A stretch of 64,000 nt of DNA from Mytilus edulis (lineage: Eukaryota): NCBI RefSeq assembly GCF_963676685.1, contig NC_092346.1, positions 101,618,001 through 101,682,000 on the forward strand. Reading direction: 5' to 3'. The position numbers were made by a program, and so were the translations under genes. The notes below the pieces were generated by a model. The model was given only the letters and a program-made list of their open reading frames with translations. It was not told the DNA's origin and made no database searches. Below are positions 38,788 through 53,100 of the stretch, in pieces; positions within the stretch are counted from its first letter, which is position 1, and every line of letters starts with the position of its first letter.

Positions 38788-39215
38788 AATAAAGACTAAG
38801 TGTATGTCCAGCAAACAAAATCAATGATATATATTAATAAAGACTAAGTGTATGTCCAGCAAACAAAATCAATGATATATATTAATAAAGACTAAGTGTA
38901 TGTCCAGCAAACTAAATCAATGATATATATTAATAAAGACTAAGTGTATGTCCAGCAAACAAAATCAATCATATATATTAATAAAGACTAAGTGTATGTC
39001 CAGCAAACAAAATCAATGATATATATTAATAAAGACTAAGTGTATGTCCAGCAAACTAAATCAATGATATATATTAATAAAGACTAAGTGTATGTCCAGC
39101 AAACAAAATCAATCATATATATTAATAAAGACTAAGTGTATGTCCAGCAAACAAAATCAATCATATATATTAATAAAGACTAAGTGTATGTCCAGCAAAC
39201 AAAATCAATCATATA
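38788..39215 (+). repeat. 48-bp tandem array (~9 copies), each unit beginning with AATAAA, ~360 nt after the astacin stop
   Basis: Unit AATAAAGACTAAGTGTATGTCCAGCAAACAAAATCAATGATATATATT. Confidence 0.93.
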
Positions 39216-42200
39216 AATTTATTTACAAATGTGATGCATTATTTTAAGTTTTACTGTCGGTCAATTTAGGTTTCTTTTGTTGAACAAAAAGAAGACATAT
39301 ACAGTTCTCATATTGCGATGACTTTTCTTTACCGTATATAAAAAATCCGGTTATATGTGATTTATTTATAAAGTTGTTTTGAAATGAATTGTGTGGGTAC
39401 TAATGTTTTTATCACGTTTGTCACATAGAAACGTATAATGAAATGACACCAATCAGTATTATATAATTATCAGTATAATTTACAGGTAATTATTATCATA
39501 ATGATAACTGAAGAGGTGGTAATTGTTTTCGATGATGTTGTTGTTTGGAATGTCAATAAACTTCTTTTGTACAGACGGTACAAACGTGATTTGATATGAT
39601 AATTATACAGACTCCAAAGTTCTGGATACCTGTCTAAGCAAATCGAAGTCCCATCAGTAGAACCTATAGTCCTATGACTACACTATAAAATCTAGTCCAT
39701 AGTACATAAAGTGTTTTTGTTTTAAAACAAAATCGATTGATATTTAGCAAATAATGTAACAAACAATAGCGAACTCGAAGATTAATCCAAGCAGAGAAAG
39801 TCTATAAAAATGGGGAAAAAAAACCGCTCATCTATATCTACTAACAAAACAATTCCACATTTGCACAGATCAAAATTTTAAAAAATAGTCACTAAGTAAA
39901 ATTACAATGGACCTTATTCCTTAATCATTCTTATATGATTTGCTGACTCATCAACTTCACATAAAAGTTCTGAAAGTTATCCAGTTTCATCTACAGCAGA
40001 TTCATCAATACCGCTCGAATAAACAAAATGTAAAAGTACGTAGTTTAAGAGCCAACAATTACGAATGATTCTGCCAAATACAGATAAGGTAGTTTTTTTT
40101 CTAAAAAAAAACCCTTAGTGGTTTGAACAATTGGAAGTTTTGTAATTAGTTGGTCTATAAATATGACAAATGATAATCCATGTCAACACAGGAGTGGTGA
40201 TAACTGGCTTGTGATATCGGAGAGGAAACCTCCACCAGCAGTGACACCGATCCAGCAGTTGTAAAATGAACCCATCAAAGATACCAGCCTTATAATGTTG
40301 ACCGTCATTTGTTTAAAAACAAATCAACATAAATACCAGTAACACACTTAAATCTTAATGCCTTTTGTAACAAAATTAAGTCTTTCTATTCACACAAAGA
40401 TACTATTTGAAAATAAATAATATTTAAAACAGGTGAGTTGGAAGTGTACAGGTGGACAACATGTAAATTTGGGAAACCATACAATACTAAGGACTATTTG
40501 GAACACTATAAATTTGTGCATCCGTTAAATCAACATTTTTTGTTTATCAATATGCAGTAAAGACTTCATGTTTTAAAATACAAGTGATGCAGGCGTGCTA
40601 TGCTTATGTCTCCAGAAAAAATGGAAACATGACTGTATGCATTTGCATGTATATTTCAAAAAACTTATTAAAAGATAATATGAAGATTATTTGGTCTATA
40701 GTTCCTGCTCCATGAGTTCACACATTGCTTTTAGGAAATACATTCTTGACCAGACCATTTAAAATTATGTGTAATCTATTCAGCTTACTATTAAACAATC
40801 TAAATTGTTTCTAATACACTTTTTTTTTTACACTTAAAAAAATAACCAGCTAACAATTTTTGCATACCGTTTTTTTCTTTCTTTTGAAATACCAGTTATC
40901 AATTTAAAATTTTGTACAATAAATTCACTTCGATTGCACATATCATACTGCATTTCCTTATTTCAGAACAAAGATTTTGAATACCTTATTATCTGGTAAA
41001 TTTCAATGAACTAGAGAAAACAATAGTTTACTGATGTTCAAATCTCCTCAATCGGTTAAGAAAAAGGAAAAATCACAAAAATACCAAACTCCGAGAAAAA
41101 ATTCAAAACAGAAAGTCCCTAATCAAAAGCTCAAAATCATCATGAGATTATCCCATAACAAGGTGTTAGATCAAAGGTCAAGGTCAACACACCAATTTTA
41201 CCTTGATAATTTGTTCATAGTCACATGAAATTATGAGGATTGGTGAAGATCCTAGGTGTCTACCACTTACGGTTTCTGAATTTTGGTGGCTAACCGACAC
41301 CGGTTAATTTTCATAGGGGCATAACCCTACCAAAGAGTCGTTGAATCTTTTCGATCCAAATATAACGAAGAACCAGGGTCTGGTCCTGAAAAAAATTCAC
41401 CCTTCGCTTTTTTTCTACCTCTACGGTTACGGTGTTTGAATGATAACACTGTTTTAAAGCTAGCTAAACCTCTCACTTGTATGACAGTCGCATCAAATAC
41501 CATTAGCCCCAAGGCTGACTTGGAATAGAAATATGGTCACTTAGTCTTCTTGTGACCGGCAGTAAAACGCTTATCAAAGTGGGGCGTCAGTATGGCTGTG
41601 CGGAATGTATCAAGTTTGCTGCCATGTATGGTCAGAATGGGGACGTTAAATTCAATGCCCCATGTTAATAGAGTGTGACGCTCTTTGCGCGTTAAGAACC
41701 CTTGCAATAACTCTTTATAGGTCCGTAGGTGGTCTGTTGAAAGACAACATTTATGTCCCTATCCAATATACCCTCATTTTCAAATTTCCCCGACTACCAT
41801 CCCGTATGGTCTCTATTACAATACGTTGTTCTCTTATATTTAATGCGTTTCGCTCATGGTTTTTGTCCATGGATTTATGAGTTTGAACAGCGGTATACTA
41901 CTGTTGCCTTTACAAGACCTACCTATTGTATTTATTGTTAACTCGTTCCCGTCCTAAACATGCATAGAATATTTGCTACTGGACGTTAAGCAACCAACAA
42001 TCATTCAATCAAATTCCATTATATTGACAACGTTTTTTGAACAAAATAAACTCAATACTTAACTGTCAAAATTAGGGGAACAACAGCAACACGAACCCCA
42101 ACAGGAGGAGAAATATACAAATAAAGATAAAACACAAAATCGAAGGGAATCGCATGAACTCTAGAGGGAGCAAAACAGTAGTAGTATGTTAACTTCTACA

Positions 42201-42489
42201 TCTATTTGTGTTATTGTGAAGCCTTGACTTATAACCAGCATCGTAGCAGGGTAAAATTTCAAATGATGAAACACTTAAATGATCCCGGTTACTGGATTAT
42301 TAGATAAATAGTTTACAGTATAATGATGACACCGATATAGGTTTGTGTAGTTGTTTGGATGCTGTTTATTTAAGATATAATCGACATCACCTTTTATTCT
42401 TCTATAAAAAAAAACCAAGAAGATACTGAGAAAAAGGGAATGTTAAGCTTTAAGATTGGGGACACTATGGCAAAATAAAGTGATGAAAT

Positions 42490-44140
42490 GTCTCGTTTAC
42501 TTTATTGAACCTTGATTGTATGTTGATAGTCCTAAGCATAAAGCTTTACTACTAGTATCAAACAAACTAAACGTAAACCACGAAAATGAGGTCAAGGTAA
42601 GATAGACCGAACCGGAAATATATGTTCACCCTACAATCATTCTATACACCAAATATAGTTGACACATTGCTTATAGTTTCTTAAAAACTATCTTAAACAA
42701 GAACACTAAACATTGACAAATGAAGCATGAAAATGAGGTCAAGGTCGGATGAACCATGCCAGACAGACATGTACACCTTACATTCTATCAATGCACTAAA
42801 TATAGTAGAAATATTGCTCATAGCATCTTACAAACAAACTTAACCATGAAACTTAACATTGACAATGAACCATGAAAATGAGGTCATGGTCAACTAATAC
42901 TTACCAAACAGACATATAAACTGAATACAGTTGACCTTTTGTGGACATTGTAAGAAAAACAGAACAAAACACTATAAACAGTTCACTGAGAAATGAACTG
43001 TGAAAATGAATTCAAGGTGAAATTAAACCTGCCAGACTGACATGTGTATCGTAAAATATTTCCATAGCGCTATAAAACCAGGTTCAACCCCTCATCTTCT
43101 ACATTTGAAAATACCTGTACAAAGTCAGTAATATGACAGTTGTTGTCCATTCGCTTGGTGTGTTTTATCATTTGATTTTGCCATTTGATTAGGGACTTTC
43201 CGTTTTGAAATTTTCCTCGGAGTTCACTATTTTTGTGATTTTACTTTTTTCCATACACCAAATATAGTTGACTTATTGCATATAGTATAAGAAAGAAGAC
43301 CAAAAAAAAAACCAACCTTAACTTTAAACATTGAATAATGAAAATGAAGCAAAGATAAGATGAAATCTGCCAGCTGGACATTTACATCATAGCTTGCTGT
43401 TCGGTGAGCCAAGGCTCCGTGTTGAAGACCGTACTTTGACCTATAATGGTTCACTTTTAAAAATTGTGACTTGGGTGGAGAGTGTTTCATTGACACTCAT
43501 ACCACATCTTATATCAATGTTCACCTGACAATTAGTTCCAGATATAGACTTATTGCGTATTGTATCTAAGATAAAGACTTGACCACAAAAATTAACCTTG
43601 TTCGCTGATCCATGAATTGAGGTCCAGGACAGATGAAACTGTCTGACAGGCATGCAGGCCTCACAAGGTACACACAGAGAGAAATTAACATTACATAAGT
43701 AGTCACTGAACCATGAAAATGAGGTCATGGACAAGGGACAAATGACAGACGGAAACTTCATAAAATAAAGCATCCATGTCTTTGGCCTTCTGAAATATAA
43801 CGCTAATAAGTAGTTAGTAAACGCTGCAGTTAGATCACTATCCCCATGATGAGCTGTCTGAACCAGAAGTTGCATCTCGATAAAAAAGCCCAAACAACCA
43901 CAATAAACATGTGGAGACTGCTTGACTGATTATGATTGAAGTTAATGTTGAGAGTGTTTAAAACTATAAAGTTTTACTACAGATATCACATAAGTTTCAC
44001 AAATTATCAAAATCCAAGTCCTATATAAACCCACATAGATAGCTTTACATACACAGAAATAGTAGACTTATTGTATATAAGTATCATAAGAAACTAGTGT
44101 AACTATAAAAATTTAACATTGACCAATAAACCAAGAAAAT
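42490..44140. repeat. Degenerate ~150-bp tandem units (CATGAAAATGAGGTCAAGG), Helentron-core type, interrupted by other repeats
   Basis: Motif recurs at ~42580, 42727, 42871, 43000, 43611 and 43712. Confidence 0.6.
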
Positions 44141-44984
44141 TATGGTTTTAGCATCTTGCAGCGAAGTTGCTATTCAGGATATAAATTATCCCAAGTCTTT
44201 TGAGTACTAAAAAAATTAATTCTTGATACAAAGTACTAACATAGCTACTGGTTTTTTTTCTGTCGCACAATTAAGAAAACAAATTAAAACTGAGTTTACA
44301 GCAAATGTATTTATGTCTGGTATGTGGAGTGAGTCTAAAAGATTGTGCAATGTGGTTTTTTAACTGGGATTTTAAATAGATTGTGTAACAATTGTTGTTA
44401 TTTAGTTTGGCAGTCAGTTTATTCTGCAGGATTCTGCCAAGCAGTTTCTTTTTGTGTTTCATATGTACTTTATAATTTAGCTTGGACTTTTGTAGTAGGG
44501 GAGATATTTTTTATTTAAAAATAAAATTTTGAGCTGGTAACTGCACCATTCAGTACAAACACATTGTGTTTGTGTGTTTTATTATATTCAGTAAGAAAAG
44601 TGTACATAATTGCATGTTCTCAAGGTTTCAAAGTAGGTGTAGCATTTTAGAACATACATATTCCAGAATAAGATTTGGATTTATATATTTTGTATGGCTT
44701 ATATTAAAATGTGCAATATATTCATAAATAATTTTTCTAAAGCTACCTTCTGCTTTAAGACCAACTTACTTTGAACAATTTCGAGCATGGCATACTGTAT
44801 GCAAATTTTTTATGTTTTAACTGTTTGTTGCTCTATAAATCTCTTTTTGATTTTTGTGTCCTTGAGATGACGTCTCTACATACTCCACATCTCTTTTTAA
44901 TTTATGTTTACATTGTCTTATTAAAATATAATTAAGGCATTCCAGAATTGCCCTATAAGTGATTCCTACATGTGTATAGTTCTT

Positions 44985-45415
44985 ACGAGAGTAGAGGGGC
45001 ATAATGTTTTCTGGTCTGTGCTTCCGTCCGTTCGTTCGTCCGACTTCAGGTGAAAGTTTTTGGTCAAGGTAGTTTTTGATGAAGTTGAAGTCCAATCCAC
45101 TTGAAACTTAGTACACATGTTCCCCATGATATGATCTTTCTAATTTTAATGCCAAATTATAGTTTTGACCCCAATTTCATGGTCAACTGAACATAGAAAA
45201 TGAAAGTGTGAAGTTCAGGTTAAAGTTTTTGGTCAAGGTAGTTTTGATGAAGTTAAAGTCACAACTACTTGAAACTTAGTACACATGTTCCCTGTGATAT
45301 GATCTTTCTAATTTTAATTCCAAATGAAAGTTTTGACCCCAATTTCACGGTCCACTGAACATGGAAAATTATAGTGCGAGTGGGGCATCCGTGTACTATG
45401 GACACATTCTTGTTT
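44985..45415 (+). mobile_element. Short pearl/HINE-type element
   Basis: GGGGCAT at both ends, (CCGT/TCGT)n microsatellite, two ~170-bp core repeats, 3' hairpin GTGTAC...GGACAC followed by TT. Confidence 0.7.
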
Positions 45416-46579
45416 CAGGTGGTATCAAAACGTTAATTTATTACCGAACTGTTTTAACATTATTACTAAATGATTCTTATTGAAAAAGTATCAGTATATA
45501 GTGCTTTCATCAAGATGACTGATTTTGGAGGAATTTGTTTTGTCATGCAATCAAAATCTGTGTTTTTGAAGTTAGTTTTATTATTAAAAGTCCCCTATTG
45601 AATAACACTATTTTAAGCTTCTGTACTATTTTTACAGTTAACCTGTATTTATCTGTATCATTGGCGCAAATACAGAGCACCTATTGCACTTACCTTTTAT
45701 ATAATCAGAACACAAATTGTCTTTATTGGATGGATGGATTGGTGTTTAATTTAAATCATTGATGGCTTTACAAATTGAGATATTAATGGGATTTTACTTT
45801 AATGATGACATAAACTATAACAAATATATCATTGAAATCAAGTCTTTTTTTCACAATAAATTATGCTGACAACACAATATATAATGTCAAAACAAGCACT
45901 AACAGTCTAGAATCTTGTGATATTTCTTCTTCTAAACTTGGCTTCCACAAATAATCTGAAATTTAAAAAATATTTTATTATTTGCATATCTAACTTAACA
46001 TATTTTTAATAATAAAAATAAGGAAAGTGCCATTTAAGATCTATTCTATATATCTTTGAAGATCACAAACTCAGATCAAATGGTGATTTAAATGAGTTTA
46101 CATACTTGTTAGAGAATGAACATATCCTGATTTGAGTTCTTCAATATCTATTTTAAATTCATTTTTTTCAGTGATAAAAAAGGGAAAATAATAAATAAGT
46201 ACCTGTAGACTGAGAAATATTTCAGATAAATGCCATGCAGACAACATTTGATATGATATGTTTTGTTGTGAGTTTTTTTTCAACATTTGTACTTACATCA
46301 ATGTTCTTTTATCCTTCATGTATTAGAAATCCTGCATGTGTTGAGAATGTAGCTGAACTGAGCAGATGATTTTATTGAAATGTAGGATTTTACTTCAAAT
46401 CCAATACCAAAATTTGTTCAGATTTCATTTGCTTTTGAGTCTTTATAAGAGACAAAAGAAGTGTATGGAACAAAATCTAAATCATATTATCCTCAAATAT
46501 AACATCAGTGGGTACAAAGACAGAGTTAGTTTAGTGTCTTAGTTATGTATTTAACCTTGACATGCATATCTTTACTATT

Positions 46580-46830
46580 TACCGGATTTGTTATCTCATA
46601 AGCAACACGAGGGGTGCCACATGTGGAGCAGGATCTGTTTACCCTTCTGGAGCACCTGAGATCACCCCTAGTTTTTGGTGGGGTTCGTGTTGTTTATTCT
46701 TTAGTTTTCTATGTTGTGTTATGTGTACTATTGTCTGTCTGTTTGTCCTTTTCATTTTTAGCCATGGCGTTGTCAGTTTATTGTTGATTTATGAGTTTGA
46801 CTGTCCTTCTGGTATCTTTCGTCCCACTTT
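46580..46830. repeat. Dispersed SINE-like repeat (GGTGCCACATGTGGAGCAGGATCTG...GGGGTTCGTGTTG...TTAGCCATGG)
   Basis: Related fragments at 13790-13915 (inverted) and 58590-58720. Confidence 0.65.
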
Positions 46831-47007
46831 TACTCCGTCAAACTGAACAATACCCAAAAATTTACCACAATCCTTAATAAAGCCCTCATTTGGCCCAAAT
46901 ATAAGTGCAAATAGAAAGTTTCCATACATATTTGTTACGAATTAGACAAATATATATAGTATGCAAAGATCTAAGACAGTAGAATCATGTGACTACTGAT
47001 TTATTAC

Positions 47008-47154
47008 CTAATCTTCAGTCCATTCGAATGGCTCTGGTGGTTCAGGTTCTTCCTCCTCTTCAGCTTTAGGTCCCCCAGTAGCCACAGGTTCTATTATCTC
47101 CTCCTTCTCATCTGGGTTACAATTCTTCAACAATATGATTCCACCACTGCTAAC
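47008..47154 (-). CDS. PSMD1: PSMD1 last coding exon
   Basis: [11 protein letters not shown]...[17 protein letters not shown]. Confidence 0.95.
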   Translation of the reverse strand, partial: VSSGGIILLKNCNPDEKEEIIEPVATGGPKAEEEEEPEPPEPFEWTED

Positions 47155-50100
47155 CTAAAAATACAAATATTCTTATATCATACCTCAAACTGTTTACAGA
47201 TTGAAATACAAATTTAGGCGAGTTTATAACTTTCTTCAGTCAAGTTCTTTTGTTTGCTATCTTTTAAATCATATGTGTTCTTTATAGAAAAAGAGATTAC
47301 TCAAAAAATGATTTACAGAAATCTGCTATTTTCTGGAAGTGAAAAAGAACATGACAACATATCCTGCTTGCACTACTATCATTTTGGTCTGTGAACACCA
47401 AAATCTACACTAAAAACACTAATTTGGCACCTATTTCTAAAATATAACATTATAATGAACATTTGTACTAATTGAAAGTTGATGTTACTACAACTTCATT
47501 GTAAATTTCCTAAAACCAAAAAAAGAGGAAAAAAACAGACATAAATCATAGTTCCTAATAATAAGATAAACTTACGTCCTTGATTGGTTTGTAGCGACTT
47601 CCTTCTGGCATGTTAACAACCTTCAACTAAAATAATAAGAAAAGTTATTAGCACATTTATACAAGTCATAAAATACAAAAAATAAACATGTTAAATTCTG
47701 TGTGAAAAGAATGTTAAGATAAATTGCAAGGAACAGGATAAGAACAGAACAAAATATATTTTTTTCTTGACATTCTGTAAGTAATTCTAATGTAATCTTC
47801 ATGTAAAAAAATTGGCTTAATTTAACTGTCAATTGACACTCCAGGTTGCCATTTTAGTTGGTATTCACAAATATTCAATTTATATAATATAATAAAAAAT
47901 AAATGTGTACATTAATATAGTATTAATGTATGGACTTTTTCATATTGGCCCTGTAACATGCCCGAGGTGTTAATAATGGCCAAGGATGGTTGTAATGGCC
48001 CTGAGGCAACGCCGAGGGCCATTACAACTGTCCGAGGCCATTATTAATATCAAGGGCATGTTACAGGGCCAATATGAAAAAGTCCATATATTGATACTTT
48101 TATTAACCAACTAAAAAGGCAACTTCATTCAAGAACAGTCTTCGAGTCGCGGATCCAAAATTATACAGCTATCCACAAACAGTTACTACAACAGGACCAA
48201 TACAGAAAAGCCCGTTGCATAACATTTTTATTAAATGGTTTTAATTCTTCGAGTAAACAAAGAGTAAGAAACTTACCGTGAAGAAGATACAGGAATTTCA
48301 TAGCTGAACTTCAACTTGTCTTTTCGCATTCGATTTCGCATGGAATTTTAGTCAACATTGTGACTGTCAGATGTAATTTCTGATTTCTCATTCAAGTACT
48401 TAATTTTATGCTATTAAAATTCATTTCATCTAGCAAATAAAAAGTAGCTGGGAAGAATAAATCAGACAGTTTAACTATTCTACCTAAAGTCTGCATTCTG
48501 AGGAATGAACAACGGAAATGAAGCAGTGATAATAATCGAAAGTCGTACTCGAAAAAGGCTGTGAAATATTTCCGTTTCAAGTCGTTACAAAACAATGTCA
48601 ATGAACATCATTTAAACTTGTTTTTACGATATTAAGTTTAAAAAAGAATAAAAAATGTCACACTTATTTAAAGAAATAAACGACATTTTGATTTAATCGA
48701 TGTCCCGTTTCATCTGTTCATAATGCATGACTGTGATTTCGTAATGCACGGGTGTGATTTCGTAATGCATGGCTGAGTTTTCGTAATGCATGACTGAGAT
48801 CTCGTAATGACTGGCTGTAGCAATTTCTCCGTTCATAATGACCAGATGTTGAAATTTTCCTTTTATAAAGCATGGGCATTTCTATACATATTGTAGTAAG
48901 TTGGTTAATAATAATTGGTAATCATTTGAGTGATTTAAAACATCATATGGTGACGTACTTTGTTTTGGACCTGAAAATGATATGTTGATGATTTTCTGGT
49001 ACTAACCTAGACTTACAAGGATGACTGAGGTATAGAAATATGGTCACTTTTGGTCTTTTGATGACCATCAATTAAACTATTTTCATATACTTCATTGGAT
49101 GTCTAATTAGGTGTTTCGTAGGAAGAGAGGATCATTCTCTCTGCACATTAATAACCCACGAAACAACCCTTTGAGGGTTACATAGGTGAGCATGAGTAGT
49201 ATAATGATCTGTACAAACCTGCTGTTTCATAACTCTAGCAGGATTTGTTAGTATTTGAAATGTTGGCTCTGGTTCCTTTTCCTTCTTTTCTATTGGTGTT
49301 TCTTCCATTTTTTCCTCCTTTCTTTCTTCTTCTTTTTTCTCCTTTTTATCATCTGCCTTTTCCTTCTCTTTTTCATCATCTTTCTTTTCGTCATCCTAAT
49401 GAATGAAAGATAAAATAAATCCTACTTTAAAATGAAATTGTATATGTTTTATTGAATATACTGTAAAGCATCTTATTTGCAATAGTCCGGCGGCTTTGTA
49501 AAAAATTGTGCACATGCTGTTACAAGCATGAAATTTGGCATAGACCTTCCTCAACTATTATTCTTTTATTTCAGATAGGGAGGCATTTGAAAAAAATGTC
49601 TCACTTCCGGTAAAATCCAAAATGGCGAACGTCATACTTAAATCAGCCCAATATCGAAGACTAGCGTGTAAAAATGTCCTATTATCATGCTACTATCATA
49701 ATATTTGGTACAGACCTTTGTGTTTTACTACTTTTGGATAAATAGATTAGATGTCTTCAGAAACCCCACTTCCGGTTAAAATCCAATATGGCGGACATTG
49801 TACTTAAATAAGCTTATTTTTTAGGGAGGGTAATTGAAATGTGTTTTAACGTATTGCTACTATAATTACATTGTGTATGAACCTTTCTTTGGTGCTTCTG
49901 ATGGAGACAATGTATAAGACATTTGTCTTAAAAACCTTTACTTTCGGAAGAATCCAAAATGGCGGACAGAGAAATATCAATTTTTTATTCAAATTTTCAA
50001 CTTTCTTCAAAATGTAAAAAAAATGATTTTATTTTGTGCTGATCATTAAACTTTTGGCTTTAAGTTATCCCCAAAACCACTTATTCTAGCATGTTGTAAA

Positions 50101-53100
50101 TGCTAAGATATAAAGTTGACACTTCCGGTAAAAATATGACGTAAATTTTAAAGATGAGTCCTCAATCTATTTCTTCGATGTAGAGTTTTGGATTGATTGA
50201 TTTAAACAAAATAAAATCACTTTGGTACTAAAAAATATTTAAAACTACTTCTATTTGGCCAAGAATACATGCTTATTCACAATCACCACCACATGCACAC
50301 AAGGCAGTGCACGGGAGACCCGATTTTACACATTAAAAATAACCGCGGCATCCTTTCTTACATCCATAATGTACAAGCTTCTGAAAAAATGATGAGGTCT
50401 CAGAAAGAGTTTTTTTAAAGGGACCCTCTTTGTCCCTTCGCAATCCATTAGTGACAAGACTAGGTAGCATAAGAGTCAATCCAAAGCTCGTCTGACTAAA
50501 CAGCTGCATTAGTATATTACACGTTTAACATGCTTGAAAAGACTAGAACAAGTCGTGGGAATAGCCTCACTTAAAAAATGAGATTTCCCTTTTGTGCAAA
50601 AATTGACTTTCTTGGTTCGTTAATCATGTTAGATCTGATAAGTTTGTACAGTACAACCCCGGTGATTTAGGCTGATCAATCATCATTCTTTATGTTAAAG
50701 TCACATCTTCAAATACCATTAATGTCTCCCACGCAGTCTTTTTTTTCCTTTTCAAGCAAAGAGAGAACTGTATCACAACCCGTCATAAGGTATTGGTCAG
50801 AAATAAAAGTGTGTGATCACTCATTGCCTAGTGCATTTGAAAGGCCATTGATAGATATTAATCCAAAGATTTTTGCCTCCCCAAATACAATCAATAGTTC
50901 GTCTGCCCCTTTGTTACGGAATAGCGAAATACTGGTAGTTTTAAAGCTGCTAAAAGAAGCAAGGGCAACATTTAGGGGAAAGGGAATACACAGACGAACC
51001 CAGGATTAAAAACATCCTCAAAGTTGGGAAAGTTTTCTGAGAGATGACGACAGTAAGAAAGAACTTTTAAGTTTTCATTCACAGGAGCTTGCTCAATACA
51101 ATTTTGAGTACAAGGTAGTTGAAGCAACAAATGCTCAGGATGTTTAGTGTTATCCACCACTTGATGATGTTTCAAGTTTAGCACCATGTTTACACGAAGA
51201 GACTGACACTAGAATCAAGATAGATGTGTCTGATGCAGTGAAACATAGACTTAACTGAGTCATGACTCAAACAGTCGATACTGATGTCATTGCTGTTTCG
51301 CTATTCCGTGACATAGGGCAGACAAACTTTGGTTTGCATTTAGAAGGGGAAAAGTATAAGATATATATCAATCAATGACCTTTGAAATGCACTAGGCATT
51401 AAAAGATAACACGTTCGCTGGAAAAGGAACTGCGTTGGTGACATTAATGGAGTTGAAGATGTGACTATAGCATTTAAAATGATGATTGACCAGCCAACAT
51501 CACCATATGGATTTGATGTTTAATGTCATTGAAAACGATACTGGTTTTGTTGGAAGATAAAAGAAAAGAAACAGATTAGGTTAACAAGGCAAGAAAATAT
51601 GTGTTTTTGCAGAATTTATTAACTTATTTATCCACCACGTAATGTATTTCAAGTTCAGCACCAAGTTCACATTTAGAGGCAGACACTAAAATCATGGTGC
51701 ATGTGTCTGGTGCAGTGAAACACGCACTTAAACGAGTCATGATTCGAACAGTCGTTAATGATGATGTTGTCAATACTGTTTCGCTATTCCGTGACATAGG
51801 GGTAGACGTTGTGTTTGGGAGGGCAAAAGACTTTGGATTAATATCTATCAATGGCCTTTCAAATGCACTAGGCAATGAGTGATCTGGATGATCTGAAACA
51901 CTTATTGTTATCCATGTCTTTACCTGTTGTGATATGGTTCTCTCTTTGCTTGAAAGGGGGGAAAAGACTATGTGGGAGACATTGATTGCATTTGAAGATG
52001 TGACTTTAACAAAAAGAATGATGATTAATCAGACTAAATCACCGGGGTTTTACTGTAATATCGCACAAACTTAGCAGATGGGTATAAAATGGTTAACGAA
52101 GCAAGAAAATAACTATTTGCGCAACAGGGACGGCTTTTCGAGGCTATTCCCTCAACTTGGTCTAGTCTTTTCCAGCATGTAAATAATGCAATATACTTAG
52201 GCAGGTGTTTAGGGAGACGAGCTTGGGATTGGCTCTTACGCTACCCACTCCAGGCGGGGACAAAGAGGATAACTTTTGAAAAACTCTTTTTGAGGCCTCA
52301 TCATTTTGTCAAAAGCTTATACATTGTGGATGTAAGAAAGGATTCCGCGGTCATTTTTAATGTGGAAAATCGGGTATCCCGTGCACTGCGATGTGTGCAT
52401 GTCATGGTGACTGTGAATAAACATGTATTCTTGGCCAAATAGTAATAATTTTAAATAATTTTTAGTACTATTATTATTGACTTTATTTCCTCTTATACAG
52501 AGATTATGTCATAACATATATACACATTAGAACAAAATACAAAAAAACAAACATATTTAGACAGTTCAAAGTATCAAAGGCACATATTTAAGCAATTTTG
52601 ATTGTCGCTAATGATCATCAGTTTATCGATAAAAGAGTTTGCATGTGCTGTTTACATGCTGGACACATAGTTTTGAGAATGCAATACTCTTGTCGTCATC
52701 AAGCTCGTATATAGTGTCACAGGATAGAATAGTGGCTGTGAATTCTAGAGACGATAGGCTGTCCATATACACACTAAACTGTATTGGGTTTATGTTTATA
52801 ATGTCTCTCCACATTTCATTTCTGTTATCGAGAACAAAATCACATGAGCATAGTATATGTTCTAAAACGTTTGTAAACAGTTTCCCGCATTTTTCACATA
52901 GGAGTTGTTCAGCTTCAATACGAACAATAGCACACAAGTCGATAATGTACTTTGATGCTACTCTTAGATCTGGATATCTCTTAGCAATTATCCATGCTTT
53001 ATGTAACTTAATGACTGGATGGATAAGTTTGAAAAAGTTAAAGTCAATGTCGTTTGAAATCCTTTCCAGCCACTTCAATTGTTCAGTCTTGTGAATGTTT

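Noticed and set aside
39300-45600. Additional gene between the astacin gene and PSMD1
   Set aside because: Only repeat fragments and short AT-rich ORFs; I found no spliceable coding chain.
52639-53094. 151-aa plus-strand ORF
   Set aside because: Antisense shadow of the LINE ORF2.
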